Origin: an uncultured Candidatus Bathyarchaeia archaeon
GTDB taxonomy: Archaea; Thermoproteota; Bathyarchaeia; 40CM-2-53-6; JALHTG01
NCBI GenBank assembly: GCA_964631575.1
Contig: CAZVYD010000001.1
Span: forward strand, 33,262-97,261
Length of the DNA stretch: 64,000 bases
Reading direction: 5' to 3'
Below the pieces are notes generated by a model. That model had not been told where the DNA came from. It did no database searches and saw only the letters and a list, made by a program, of their open reading frames with translations. Shown in pieces: positions 28,443-38,226 of this stretch. Numbering within the stretch: the stretch's first letter is position 1; each line of letters starts with the position of its first letter. The position numbers and the translations under genes are program-made.

Positions 28443-29583
28443 CTATTCAACTTTCATGACAGTTTCTTCTCTGTAATCTGAGACCACTCTGATGTAGCCC
28501 TGCAACTGCCTATCCAAATCCTCATCCCCTGTATCTACTAGTAATCGTCTATGTGGTAAGTTCAGCAACTTTCTTCTGGTAGCAACGACTATTATGTTCT
28601 CTCGCCCTGCCTTCTTAATCACGTCTGGGCTGATCTGCTGGTTTCCTCTGCCGAAGATGTAGGCCTGTCCGCCTATTGGCGTAACCACTATCTTAACGGG
28701 GCAATTCTGAATCAACTCAAGTAGCCTTCGCTCATCAATGTCTTTCGCAAACAGCTGTTTCTTGCGAACGACATCGACTCCAAGCAACGTTTTCTCCACG
28801 CCAAGCACGTCTGCCACAGCTTTCACAGTCGTCCCCGGGCCAAGGACGTACAGTTCGTCTCCCATCTCTTCTATGACGTGTCTGGCAATCGCAAGCTGTT
28901 GCTCGATTTCATCCTCGCTCTGAACAGTGGCGGTTTTGATCCCTTGCATAAGAAGGGGCTCTTGTGGAACATTCATGTACCCGTACAGTTTCGCCGATAG
29001 GCGTCCTGCTCTGAACTGAGCTTCATCTATATCCATCACTTCCGCTTGTGCGATCGGAAGTTCGCCCAGAAGATATCGAATGGTGATCTTGGCTGCTTGA
29101 GAAGGATTTACTGCAAAGACGGAACTGTGCATCTTCACTCCGGCCGGTATTCCAAGCACAGGAACCCTGCTATCGATTGCGTCCAAGACATCTCTAGCGG
29201 TTCCATCACCTCCGGTAAAAAGCAATAGGTCAACATTTCTCTCTGCAAGAATCTCCGCCGTTTTCTTTGTGTCCTCTGCAGTAGTTCTCCTTTGAGCCGT
29301 ATCGCTTACTACTTCTGGAGAAAAACCAGCGTCTCTAGCTTCCTTCTCTCCCATTACTCCTGAAGATGTCAGAATCTCAACAAGGCTTCGATGGGCCTGA
29401 AGCCCCATTAGTGCCTCAACCGTTCTTCTGGGGGCGATTGGTTTTGCTCCTCGTCTTAGAGCCTCCTCTAAGGTATCGTTGCCATCGGTCCCTTTCAACC
29501 CGACTCTGCCGCTTGACAGGCTAATGTTATGCCTCTAGTCCGGCAATCGGGTTGACAACTAGGCCAAGCTTCTTTGTTGACAC
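28443..29583 (-). CDS. ATP-NAD kinase family protein (COG3199), split by a 22-nt intron: join(29535..29583, 28443..29512)
   Basis: Spliced product MSTKKLGLVVNPIAGLGGRVGLKGTDG...GGDGTARD...GVKMHSSVFA...GRGNQQIS; exons of 49+1070 nt = 373 codons including stop. Confidence 0.88.
29513..29534 (-). other. Candidate BHB-type mRNA intron (22 nt)
   Basis: AGGCAUAACAUUAGCCUGUCAA; 3-nt bulges AG^A and AA^G flank helix GACU/UGUC; exon-exon helix UCAACCCGAU-UGCCG / CGGCA-GUCGGGUUGA. Confidence 0.8.
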
Positions 29584-29623
29584 TCGTTTCCTGCTCCATG
29601 GACGGCGAAGGGCTTACCTCTAA

Positions 29624-32600
29624 TCATGCGGAAGATCTCGTGACTCTAACCAGTCCCACCTTCAGCTTCTCCCCAGAGAGTTTGTATTCGGCTATGTGAG
29701 CTCCTGCAGGCGGAGTTTCGCCTTTCATGGTGTCCGCCAAGGTCTCAGCCGCAATGTACTTCCTAAAAGTCGTGAATGCTCGAAGGTTGTTTGGTCCTCC
29801 GTCATAGTAGATGAGGATTCGATCATCAATATTGAAGCCAGCCTTCTTCCTTTGGTCTTGTATGCGGCGAACTATGTCCCTTGCAAGCCCTTCCACCATC
29901 AGCTCCTCCGGAATTGTCTTCCTGACACCAACAAGAATTTCGCCCTCCTCCGCGACCCCCCATCCCTCCCTTGGCTTCGTAGATATGCGGATCTCATCTG
30001 CGGATACAGCAACAGGTTGTCCATCTACCGTTACCTCGACCCCGGCATTCTCCTTGTGAGCTGAAACGAATATCTTTGGATCCATCTTTGATATCGACTC
30101 ACGCAGTTTCGGCAGCAACTTACCATGTCTCGCTCCGGAAACTTCAGGAATCAGCTCTACAACGTACTCGAGCAACTCTTCCCTATCGCTGCTCAAATTG
30201 AGTTCCTTGACGTTCAACTCCTCTCTAATCAACTCGGAAAGATTCTGAACAACTTCGATATTCTCCGGGCTGACGACGACCTTCGCGGCCGAGAGGGGTT
30301 GCCTTAGCTTCACTCCACATTTGCTTCTTGCAGATCGTCCCAAGCCACAGATCTTGATCGCTCGGTCCATATTCGTCACAAGCTTTTGATCTATGAGGGA
30401 TTTGTCTGCGACTGGCCAATCGCAATGATGTACACTTTCCTGAGCTGTGGGGTTTACACTGCGGACAAGGTTCTGGTAGATTTCCTCAGTCACAAACGGA
30501 ATGAACGGTGCCAGAAGCTTCACAAGGGTCGTGAGGCACGTATACAGAGTGTAGTATCCCGCCTCCTTGTCAGTGTCAGAAGTACTCTTCCAGAATCTTC
30601 TTCTAGATCGTCTAACGTACCAAGTTGAGAGCTCGTCGACGAATGTTCCAAGTGCAGAGGAGGCGCCGGCTGGATCAAAGTTGTCCAAGCAGCTAGTGAC
30701 ATCCGAGATAAGCGTCTGTAGCTTTGAGAGAGCCCAACGATCAATTGATGTGAGCTGGTTTTGCTGTCTCTTCGGGGTCCATCCGTCGAGTCTTGCGTAA
30801 GTCGTGAAGAAGCTGTAGACATTCCATAGAGGGATGAGAAATCTCTTCTTTACCTCCTCTCCCTTTCCATAGCCGAATAACAGGTTTCCTTCTGGGCGAG
30901 TGATGCAGTACATCCAGCGCATCACATCTGCGCCCAGAATCTCAACCGCGTCGTCAAACCAGATGGCAGTTCCCCATGACTTATGCATCTCCCCTCCGTC
31001 TTCGGCCAGTACCAGACCATGGCCGAAACAGGCTAGGAAAGGAGTTAGTCCTTCCATGATTGTACTCATAGCCAGCATAGAATAGAACCAGTTTCGGAAT
31101 TGGCCAGGCAATGACTCGCAGATGAGGTGTGCGGGAAACCACTTCAACCAATAGTCTCGACCATGACGGTAGTTAAGGGTCGAGTAGGCAACTATCCCTG
31201 CATCGAGCCAAGGATTTCCCACATCTGAGACCCTGGACATGTGCGCGTTGCATTTTGGACACTTGATCTTGATGCGATCAATCCAAGGCCTGTGCGGTGA
31301 ATGCCCCTCAAACTCTTCCCATCCTTCGACAGCCCGCACTCTAAGTTCCTCTTCGCTGCCTATGACATCAAATACTCCACATCGCGGGCACTCCCATATT
31401 GGGAGAGCCAACCCCCAGTACCTCTTCTTAGAGATCATCCAGTCATCCATGTTACTAAGCCAGTCCAACTCCTGCTGCAAGCCGTACTCAGGTATCCAGC
31501 GAACTTGCTTGGCCACATCAATTATCTGATATCGAAGGTTCTCTCGCTTGTCCTCCTCCGTGAGGTCTTCCAAGGACTTGTCGAGTTTCCGCCCCATCGA
31601 AATAAACCATTCATCAACAAGCCTAAACACTAGTTCACTTTCGCATCGCCAACAAACAGGATAACGGTGACTATATTTCTCTACTCCAAAGAGCAGATTC
31701 TTCTTCTTCAAGTCGTCGATGATCGGTTCAGCTGTTTCGTAGACATGCATCCCCGTTAACCACCCGAACCCTTCCATGAAGACTCCGTACTCATCAAGGG
31801 GTGCCGGACTTGGGAGACCGTACCTGCGGCCGAGTTCAAGATCTTCTTTGCCGCAGCCTGGGGCGATGTGAACTACTCCTGTGCCCTCGGTCTCACTGAC
31901 TTCGTCCCACAGGATCACTTTGTGGGCTTTGACGGCTCCAGAACGCCTTTCCGCTTCGAGTTCATCAAAGGGGCCATCGTAAGTCAAACCTTCAAGGTCT
32001 CGTCCCGACATTTCACCTACTACTTCATGTTTCTCCGAGATAGTTCTGTCAGCAGTAGCTTTTGCAAGGTAGAAGGTTTCGTCATTCTTGCGAATCTTTA
32101 CGTAGACCAGATCAGGGTGAACAGCGGCAGAGACGTTGGAGGAAAGGGTCCATGGCGTAGTGGTCCATACAAGCAGAAACTCTTTCTTCCTTTCTCTTAG
32201 TGGAAACTTGATTGTAAGTGCATGGTGAGTTAGAAGGCGATATCCTTCCGTAGCTATCTCATGTTCAGAGAGGGCAGTGGAGCATCTAGGACACCAAGGC
32301 ATCACATCGGTACCCTTGCGTATCCATCCTCTCTCATGACACTTTTTCAGGGCGCTCCATATTGTGTAGTTGTTCTCATCAGATAGCGTGAAGTATGATC
32401 CGCCGATCTGGGGCGTTCCCAGTTGCCCAACTAGTTGCTCAGCGGTTCCTGTGACTGAACCTGTCTTGCTGCTGATCGATGTTGTCTTGTCCGGTTCATC
32501 CAGAAGGTTGCCAAGCTTTCTTAGGAGATCGGGATCGTCCCAATCCATCCAGTATCCCAGTCTGATCGACTGTTCCACCTGGGTTGCGGCGAAATTCAGT

Positions 32601-32971
32601 GCTCGTTGCTTGCAACGCTTCACAAACCCTCCTACACCATACGCCTCGATCTCTCTCTTTGACTTGAACCCCAGCTCCCTTTCGACTTCTACTTCAATCC
32701 ACAACCCCTGGCAATCAAATCCGTTCTGATATCGGAGGTCATGTCCTCTCATGGCTTGGTAGCGTTGGAAGAGATCCTTGTAAGTTCGTCCCCAAGCGTG
32801 GTGGACACCCATAGGGTTGTTCGCGGTTATCGGCCCATCAATGAACGACCACCTCTCTTTTCCCTTGTTGAGGCTCATGCGTTTGTCGAAGGCCTTCGTT
32901 TCTTTCCAGAACTGTAGGATCCGATGCTCCATCTTCGGAAGGTCGAGGTTACTAGCTACTTCCTTGAACGT
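29624..32971 (-). CDS. ileS: Isoleucine--tRNA ligase (type 2, GxHH variant)
   Basis: DGPITAN.PMGVHH, WTTTPWT, GTGVVHIAPG, DWMISKKRYWG, EMHKS; extended to ACG at 32971 (first ATG at 32932). Confidence 0.95.
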   Translation of the reverse strand, partial: TFKEVASNLDLPKMEHRILQFWKETKAFDKRMSLNKGKERWSFIDGPITANNPMGVHHAWGRTYKDLFQRYQAMRGHDLRYQNGFDCQGLWIEVEVERELGFKSKREIEAYGVGGFVKRCKQRALNFAATQVEQSIRLGYWMDWDDPDLLRKLGNLLDEPDKTTSISSKTGSVTGTAEQLVGQLGTPQIGGSYFTLSDENNYTIWSALKKCHERGWIRKGTDVMPWCPRCSTALSEHEIATEGYRLLTHHALTIKFPLRERKKEFLLVWTTTPWTLSSNVSAAVHPDLVYVKIRKNDETFYLAKATADRTISEKHEVVGEMSGRDLEGLTYDGPFDELEAERRSGAVKAHKVILWDEVSETEGTGVVHIAPGCGKEDLELGRRYGLPSPAPLDEYGVFMEGFGWLTGMHVYETAEPIIDDLKKKNLLFGVEKYSHRYPVCWRCESELVFRLVDEWFISMGRKLDKSLEDLTEEDKRENLRYQIIDVAKQVRWIPEYGLQQELDWLSNMDDWMISKKRYWGLALPIWECPRCGVFDVIGSEEELRVRAVEGWEEFEGHSPHRPWIDRIKIKCPKCNAHMSRVSDVGNPWLDAGIVAYSTLNYRHGRDYWLKWFPAHLICESLPGQFRNWFYSMLAMSTIMEGLTPFLACFGHGLVLAEDGGEMHKSWGTAIWFDDAVEILGADVMRWMYCITRPEGNLLFGYGKGEEVKKRFLIPLWNVYSFFTTYARLDGWTPKRQQNQLTSIDRWALSKLQTLISDVTSCLDNFDPAGASSALGTFVDELSTWYVRRSRRRFWKSTSDTDKEAGYYTLYTCLTTLVKLLAPFIPFVTEEIYQNLVRSVNPTAQESVHHCDWPVADKSLIDQKLVTNMDRAIKICGLGRSARSKCGVKLRQPLSAAKVVVSPENIEVVQNLSELIREELNVKELNLSSDREELLEYVVELIPEVSGARHGKLLPKLRESISKMDPKIFVSAHKENAGVEVTVDGQPVAVSADEIRISTKPREGWGVAEEGEILVGVRKTIPEELMVEGLARDIVRRIQDQRKKAGFNIDDRILIYYDGGPNNLRAFTTFRKYIAAETLADTMKGETPPAGAHIAEYKLSGEKLKVGLVRVTRSSA

Positions 32972-33293
32972 TCATCCTCACCGCTCTTCAGGTGTTGCAG
33001 GCAACGGAATGAGAATGTACTCCTGTTCGCCTGTTAAAAGATCTCGTAGAAGGAATCGGTCTTAGCGAAGGGAATTTTCCGATCCCTCATGTCCTTCCAC
33101 GCAACGCCCTCACTCTCGCGTGCCGGATATATTAGGTTTGTTCGCTTCTGTCCGCAAGGAATTGATGAAGCAAGGTCTGTCTACGGAAGTTCTCTGTACG
33201 ACTTGTTATGCTTCTCATAACCAGCATTCTGAGTGCATATCATTTATAATGACCTTGTTTGAATATTGTCGGGATTCGGTCGAGGCATCAGGC

Positions 33294-36047
33294 ATGCCAT
33301 TAGTCTCGGGTATCGGTGGAACGATCAAGGACTTCCTCAGAGAGAGGTTTCGCAGAGAAGTCTTCTCATCAAGGATCCGAGCAGCCGTGGGATACCTTTC
33401 CGAAATGTCAAAAGCTCAAGTAGCCCTATTCGCTGCTTTCCTGTGCATACTCTCCGTGGCAGCGTTACTGAGGGTGTTGCCCCTGAGGTGGGGCTTTTTC
33501 CTATCTGAGTTCGATCCATACTTTCAGTATAGGATCGCTGACTACGTGGTTAAGAACGGCTATGCTGCATGGTTCCGTTGGCACGATAGCATGAGTTGGT
33601 ATCCCTATGGCCGAGATGTATACACGTCAGCTTTCCCGGCGCTAGGGTTCACCGCAGCCAGCTTTTTCACATTTCTCAAGGCCATGGGCGCAACTGTCAC
33701 ACTGATGGACGTATGCGTAGTCTTCCCAATCATTATGGGGCTTTTGACAGTTGTCGCAATCTATCTATTCGGAAAGGATCTTTGGAGCAGAAGCGTAGGC
33801 CTCTTCGCCGCATTATTCTTGGCAATCAACGGTTCTCACATAAGCCGCACTTCACTGGGCTTCTTTGACGATGAAACCATCGGCGTCTTCTCAATGATTC
33901 TGATCTTTCTATTGTATTTGAGAGCGATATCTCCGCAGCGCACATTGAAGTCTTCGTTGACTTACGGAATCCTGTCTGGACTGATGTTGGCGTATCTTAG
34001 CTGGGGGTGGGGTGCGTTCAGGTACCCCATGGTGCTAATGTATCTCTTCACCGCGCTTATGGTTCTAATGAAGCGATACAACACCAAGATGCTTGTCGCA
34101 TACGTTGCAACTTATGGAGTCCAGCTTGCAACGGTCACTCAACTCCCGTATCTCGGCACGCGCTTTCTGGGCGAATGGTCCACCTTGGCAATTTTCGGCG
34201 TGTTAGCCCTCCTTGTTTCGGTCGAGGTCGCTAGGCGCGTGACTACTGCACGGATGAGGCTGCTTGTGTTTGCGAGCGTGGGAGGGATAGTTGCAGCGGC
34301 CTTTGCCATTCTTTGGTATCAGGGTGTTGCTACGCCTCTAGTTGCGAAGTTTCTCGCGGTAATGGATCCTGCCAGAAGACTTACCATGCCTCTGGTTGAG
34401 TCGGTAGCCGAACATCGTCCGGCTACTTGGGCGTCATTCTTCCATGAATCTGGAATACTTCTCTTCCTAAGTATCTTCGGATTTGTCTTCGCAGCTCAAA
34501 GAGGAAGAGACAGCGATATCTTTCTGATGCTCTTTGGGCTGTCATCGATCTACTTTGCTGGATCTTTGGTCAGGCTCACCTTGATCCTCGCGCCGGCCAT
34601 ATCACTTCTAGCCGGAGTCACAATGGTTGAACTGTGCAAGCCATCAGTGGACATTGCTCGGGAAGCGGTCATATTTCCACGGAGAAAGATCAGGTTCGCA
34701 GCAAGAGTTGGAAGAGAGTTCGGAGTAGCAATACTTCTGATACTCATCTTGATCGTCTTGCCCACTTTTGCGAGGGTCACCACAGAAGCCTACTCACCTG
34801 CGACGATTGCGACATCAAGTTTTCCCACGACTCCCAAAGCAGGTGAGGAGCGGAACTATCAGGATTGGTTGGAAGCATTATCTTGGATGAAAGATAGTCT
34901 GCCCAGAGATGCAGTCGTATTCTCATGGTGGGACTACGGCTACTGGATCACTACTCTGGCAGAGAAGCGGACTCTCGCAGACAACGGAACAATCAACTCG
35001 ACGCAGATTGCAATGATAGCACGTGCCTTCATACTGAACGAGACCATGGCTATACCAATCCTGAAGGAGTACAATGTCTCTCACGTGGCAGTCTACGCTG
35101 CTTGGGATAAATCACAACAGCGGCAGGTCCAGTTCTATGGTGTTGGAGAAGACAGCAAATGGTTCTGGATGGCCAAGATATGCAACGGCACGACGTTTCG
35201 AGGCCAAAAGATTGTGATCACGGAGAATAGAACCGAATCGGATACAACCTACTACAGGAAGGTCGTTCAGGAAGGTAAGGTGATATCCACAGACCTGATT
35301 GCAGACAAGCAAGGAATTAAACCGAACACATTGGTCGGCTCTCTTATATTGAAGTCTGCTGGGTTGGAATACACCGAGTCTGAGTACTTCACATCCCAAT
35401 TCACCTCAAAGAAGAGCTGGGTAGCAGTTTATTCGGTAATCTACCCCGAGCCTTCAGCTTTAGATTGTTTCGTGAACCCGAAGAAGATCGTGTACAATGA
35501 GTCCATTGTCGAGTTCTCTGGACGACTTTCGACGAAAGGCAAAGGTTTGTTCAACATGACAGTAACCCTAGAGTACTCTGAAGACAAAGGCCAAACGTGG
35601 AGGGAGATAACTACAGTTCGATCTGGGACAAATGGTACATACAAGTATCAGTGGACGCCTAACGCAGGTTCCTATCTCGTCAGATCCCGTTGGGATGGAA
35701 TCAGACGAAAGTTCATCGGTGCCAAGAGCCCGAGCCTAGATATGGTTGTCGATAAGGCGCGAGTCACAATGTCGGTCGAACTATCTGCAAGGGAAGTGCC
35801 AGTGAATCAGAGCATAACGTTTACTTGCAAACTGTCTAAGGCAATATCGGTGGGCACAATTACAGTAGACTACTCTTTAGACAACAAGACCTGGAATACG
35901 GCAGGCCACGGAGAAATCAAGAACGGGACCTTCACCCTCAAATGGGCACCTACGAAACCGGGCACATACTACATCCGAGTAGTGTGGGTTGGAGACCAAA
36001 ACTATCTCGAAGTACCGGTGCAAAACTTCCTCATAATAGTGAAGTAG
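33294..36047 (+). CDS. aglB: Oligosaccharyltransferase AglB/STT3 with C-terminal Ig-like domains
   Basis: EFDPYF, SWYPYGR, GFFDDE, SVAEH, WWDYG, DNGT; multiple TM helices; two beta-sandwich repeats at the C-terminus. Confidence 0.93.
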   Translation: MPLVSGIGGTIKDFLRERFRREVFSSRIRAAVGYLSEMSKAQVALFAAFLCILSVAALLRVLPLRWGFFLSEFDPYFQYRIADYVVKNGYAAWFRWHDSMSWYPYGRDVYTSAFPALGFTAASFFTFLKAMGATVTLMDVCVVFPIIMGLLTVVAIYLFGKDLWSRSVGLFAALFLAINGSHISRTSLGFFDDETIGVFSMILIFLLYLRAISPQRTLKSSLTYGILSGLMLAYLSWGWGAFRYPMVLMYLFTALMVLMKRYNTKMLVAYVATYGVQLATVTQLPYLGTRFLGEWSTLAIFGVLALLVSVEVARRVTTARMRLLVFASVGGIVAAAFAILWYQGVATPLVAKFLAVMDPARRLTMPLVESVAEHRPATWASFFHESGILLFLSIFGFVFAAQRGRDSDIFLMLFGLSSIYFAGSLVRLTLILAPAISLLAGVTMVELCKPSVDIAREAVIFPRRKIRFAARVGREFGVAILLILILIVLPTFARVTTEAYSPATIATSSFPTTPKAGEERNYQDWLEALSWMKDSLPRDAVVFSWWDYGYWITTLAEKRTLADNGTINSTQIAMIARAFILNETMAIPILKEYNVSHVAVYAAWDKSQQRQVQFYGVGEDSKWFWMAKICNGTTFRGQKIVITENRTESDTTYYRKVVQEGKVISTDLIADKQGIKPNTLVGSLILKSAGLEYTESEYFTSQFTSKKSWVAVYSVIYPEPSALDCFVNPKKIVYNESIVEFSGRLSTKGKGLFNMTVTLEYSEDKGQTWREITTVRSGTNGTYKYQWTPNAGSYLVRSRWDGIRRKFIGAKSPSLDMVVDKARVTMSVELSAREVPVNQSITFTCKLSKAISVGTITVDYSLDNKTWNTAGHGEIKNGTFTLKWAPTKPGTYYIRVVWVGDQNYLEVPVQNFLIIVK

Positions 36048-36067
36048 GAAAACAGGAAGAAGACACT

Positions 36068-36823
36068 TCAACCTATGTATATCGTTTGATCCTTTCTGAA
36101 TGTGCCGGCAAGTTTCTTCTCGATTTCGCCAACCTTTCTTTCGACTTTCCGCATCTTCGCCACCTTCTTCTCTAAGCTTGAGAGGTTCAGTTTCAAGTCT
36201 AATGCGCTTGCAAGGACTTCGAGGACTCTCTGGGTAGCAACTGGATCCGGTCCGAGGCCTGTGGTCTGTCCCAAGAGGCAGATAGCATCAAGGTTCATGG
36301 TTTTGGCGAGGGCTACAAGGAGTCCTGCGATTCCAACGATTGGAATGCCAGCCTTCTCTACGCTGGCTCCGGCGGATGCTAGTTTGGACACTAGGTCGCC
36401 TCTTGTCGCAACGCCGACGACCAGATCTCCTTCCTTTTGGGGTGAAACAAATCCTCCGATGCTTATGATCTGCGAGGCCGAAAGTCTGATGGCATATTGA
36501 ACTATCTTCGTGGCCACCTCGTATTGACCGTAGTTGGTTTGTGGTTGGCAATCACCGGTTATCATCACCAACTCCTTTCCATTATTGGTCGAGTAGTAGA
36601 ATTCACTTCGTGGTAACCTTGCTATTCCCCGTGAATCCACAATGGCTTGGTATGGAAAATACGGAGAATAGAGTTCCGCAATCTTTCGCGCTTTCAGTTC
36701 ATCGATGAGGAAGGACACGGCCAGTCCTCCCACGGATCCAAGCCCCGGCAACCCCTCGATGACCGTGGGGTTATGTGGTTTCGGTCCCCGTTCTCTAATC
36801 ACGGTTTCCACTGGAACGTTCAC
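36068..36823 (-). CDS. PAC2 family proteasome assembly chaperone
   Basis: [19 protein letters not shown]-terminal YIG; conserved position after nop10. Confidence 0.9.
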   Translation of the reverse strand: MNVPVETVIRERGPKPHNPTVIEGLPGLGSVGGLAVSFLIDELKARKIAELYSPYFPYQAIVDSRGIARLPRSEFYYSTNNGKELVMITGDCQPQTNYGQYEVATKIVQYAIRLSASQIISIGGFVSPQKEGDLVVGVATRGDLVSKLASAGASVEKAGIPIVGIAGLLVALAKTMNLDAICLLGQTTGLGPDPVATQRVLEVLASALDLKLNLSSLEKKVAKMRKVERKVGEIEKKLAGTFRKDQTIYIG

Positions 36824-36959
36824 TCCTATACTTGGCGTACTTGTCGTCAGGCGAGAACTTCGCCGGGTGGGGGATCACTGTTTCGCTTCCGCAGCTTGGG
36901 CAAGTGGTCTTCAGCGTGTAGGTTCCGCACTTTCTACATTTTCTAATTTGCCATTTCAA
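36795..36959 (-). CDS. nop10: H/ACA RNP protein Nop10 (54 aa)
   Basis: Hand translation [45 protein letters not shown]...; below the ORF-track cutoff. Confidence 0.95.
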   Translation of the reverse strand: MKWQIRKCRKCGTYTLKTTCPSCGSETVIPHPAKFSPDDKYAKYRSERSSGNRD

Positions 36960-37738
36960 TCGATCCGGCGCCCCTCGCCGCCCACATCTTTGATATAGGA
37001 AATCGCCTCGTCTACAGCCTCTTTCAGAATCGTTTCGGCATCCGAGTAGTCTGAGGCGACAACTTCAAGACGGTACTTGGGCGCCCCTATCGTGTAGATT
37101 CTAATATCGGTTCCCTCAGGTTTGACTTTCTCCGCGTTTAGCAATGCCGTTACTATACCTGCGATCCCATCTGGCTTGGTTGAGGTGAGCTCGATCGTGC
37201 CAGTCAACATGGTCCTCTTCACCTTGATCTTGAGCTTCGCATTCTCTGCCAGTGCTTTCGACCATTCAGGTGGCAGCCCCAACTTTGTGAAGACCTCTTC
37301 TCCTTGGTCGATCGATTTCTCCAATGCGTCGTAGACTGAGTCATATTGCTGGATTATTTTGCCTCTAACATCCTCGAGCGTATTCTCGTCAGCCGTGAGT
37401 CTTTCTGCCGTGTTCTTCAGTATGGCTTCTGCCTTCTTGTCTCTCTTCCACTGAAGCATCTTCTCGGCCTTTTCGCGTCCGGTCACTCGTCTCAACGAGA
37501 GGTCGACTTCGCCTCTTTGCCTATTGATTCTCAGAACCTTCAGAACGAGCTTTTGCCCCTCTCTTACGTGATCTCTGATGTTTTTCACCCAAGTCGTTGA
37601 GACCTCGGATATGTGTATGAGTCCCTCTCTCCCTCTATATTCGTCTAGGGCAACATATGCTCCGTAAGGAGTTGTGCTCCTAACGGTCGCGACGACTAGG
37701 TCTCCAGTTTCGGGATATGCTTCCTCGGGAGTTGCCAT
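36956..37738 (-). CDS. eif2a: Translation initiation factor aIF-2 alpha
   Basis: S1 domain [28 protein letters not shown]. Confidence 0.95.
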   Translation of the reverse strand: MATPEEAYPETGDLVVATVRSTTPYGAYVALDEYRGREGLIHISEVSTTWVKNIRDHVREGQKLVLKVLRINRQRGEVDLSLRRVTGREKAEKMLQWKRDKKAEAILKNTAERLTADENTLEDVRGKIIQQYDSVYDALEKSIDQGEEVFTKLGLPPEWSKALAENAKLKIKVKRTMLTGTIELTSTKPDGIAGIVTALLNAEKVKPEGTDIRIYTIGAPKYRLEVVASDYSDAETILKEAVDEAISYIKDVGGEGRRID

Positions 37739-37742
37739 TTTC

Positions 37743-37940
37743 TCACATACCTAAGGGCTGCACTGTCTCCCCTTTGATCTTAGCTTTTCCTCCTCGAGGC
37801 TCAAGGATGACCTCCTCGCACACATCGCATTTCAATGTTGTTGAACTTCTCTCGAAAACCACCTGCTCATTCCCACATTTTTGACATTTGATCTTGAGGA
37901 ATGTACTCCGAGGCTGAGGGATCAATTCTCTCCGGGGCAT
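37743..37940 (-). CDS. rps27e: 30S ribosomal protein S27e
   Basis: PRSTFLKIKCQKCGNEQVVF...C..C...P.GGKA. Confidence 0.95.
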   Translation of the reverse strand: MPRRELIPQPRSTFLKIKCQKCGNEQVVFERSSTTLKCDVCEEVILEPRGGKAKIKGETVQPLGM

Positions 37941-37947
37941 CGGCCGC

Positions 37948-38226
37948 TCAACCTCCTATCTCCATCTTTCTCAGTCTGATTCCATATCTGAAAACCGTAT
38001 AACCGCAGGTCTTGCACTCAAGTTTGGCGGATTGCTTCTTAGTAGTCTTTGCAGTTCTCTTCAACTCCGGGTACTTCTGTCCACCGTAGCCATGTCGCCT
38101 TCGCTCATGTCTTCTTGCGCCCCATGCAAGTGATCGTTGCTTTCCGGCCTTGTAGAGCGAGACAGAGTGCTCTACATGCTTCTTACACTTTGGACAGTAA
38201 ACGGTCATCGTTTTCGGAATCTTCAA
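37948..38226 (-). CDS. rpl44e: 50S ribosomal protein L44e
   Basis: YCPKCKKH, GYGGQ, KTTKK, C..CG. Confidence 0.95.
   Translation of the reverse strand: MKIPKTMTVYCPKCKKHVEHSVSLYKAGKQRSLAWGARRHERRRHGYGGQKYPELKRTAKTTKKQSAKLECKTCGYTVFRYGIRLRKMEIGG

Noticed and set aside
32395..32540. ~45-aa insertion in IleRS as an intein or intron
   Set aside because: In frame, no intein C/S...HN termini, no BHB evident; reads as an ordinary protein insertion.
33160..33235. TTGATGA...CTGA as a C/D sRNA upstream of aglB
   Set aside because: Spacing is long and there are no recognisable D'/C' boxes or guide match.
36860..36880. Possible frameshift in nop10 at the G/C homopolymer
   Set aside because: Recount gives five G, so ATC CCC CAC CCG is in frame and the gene is intact.
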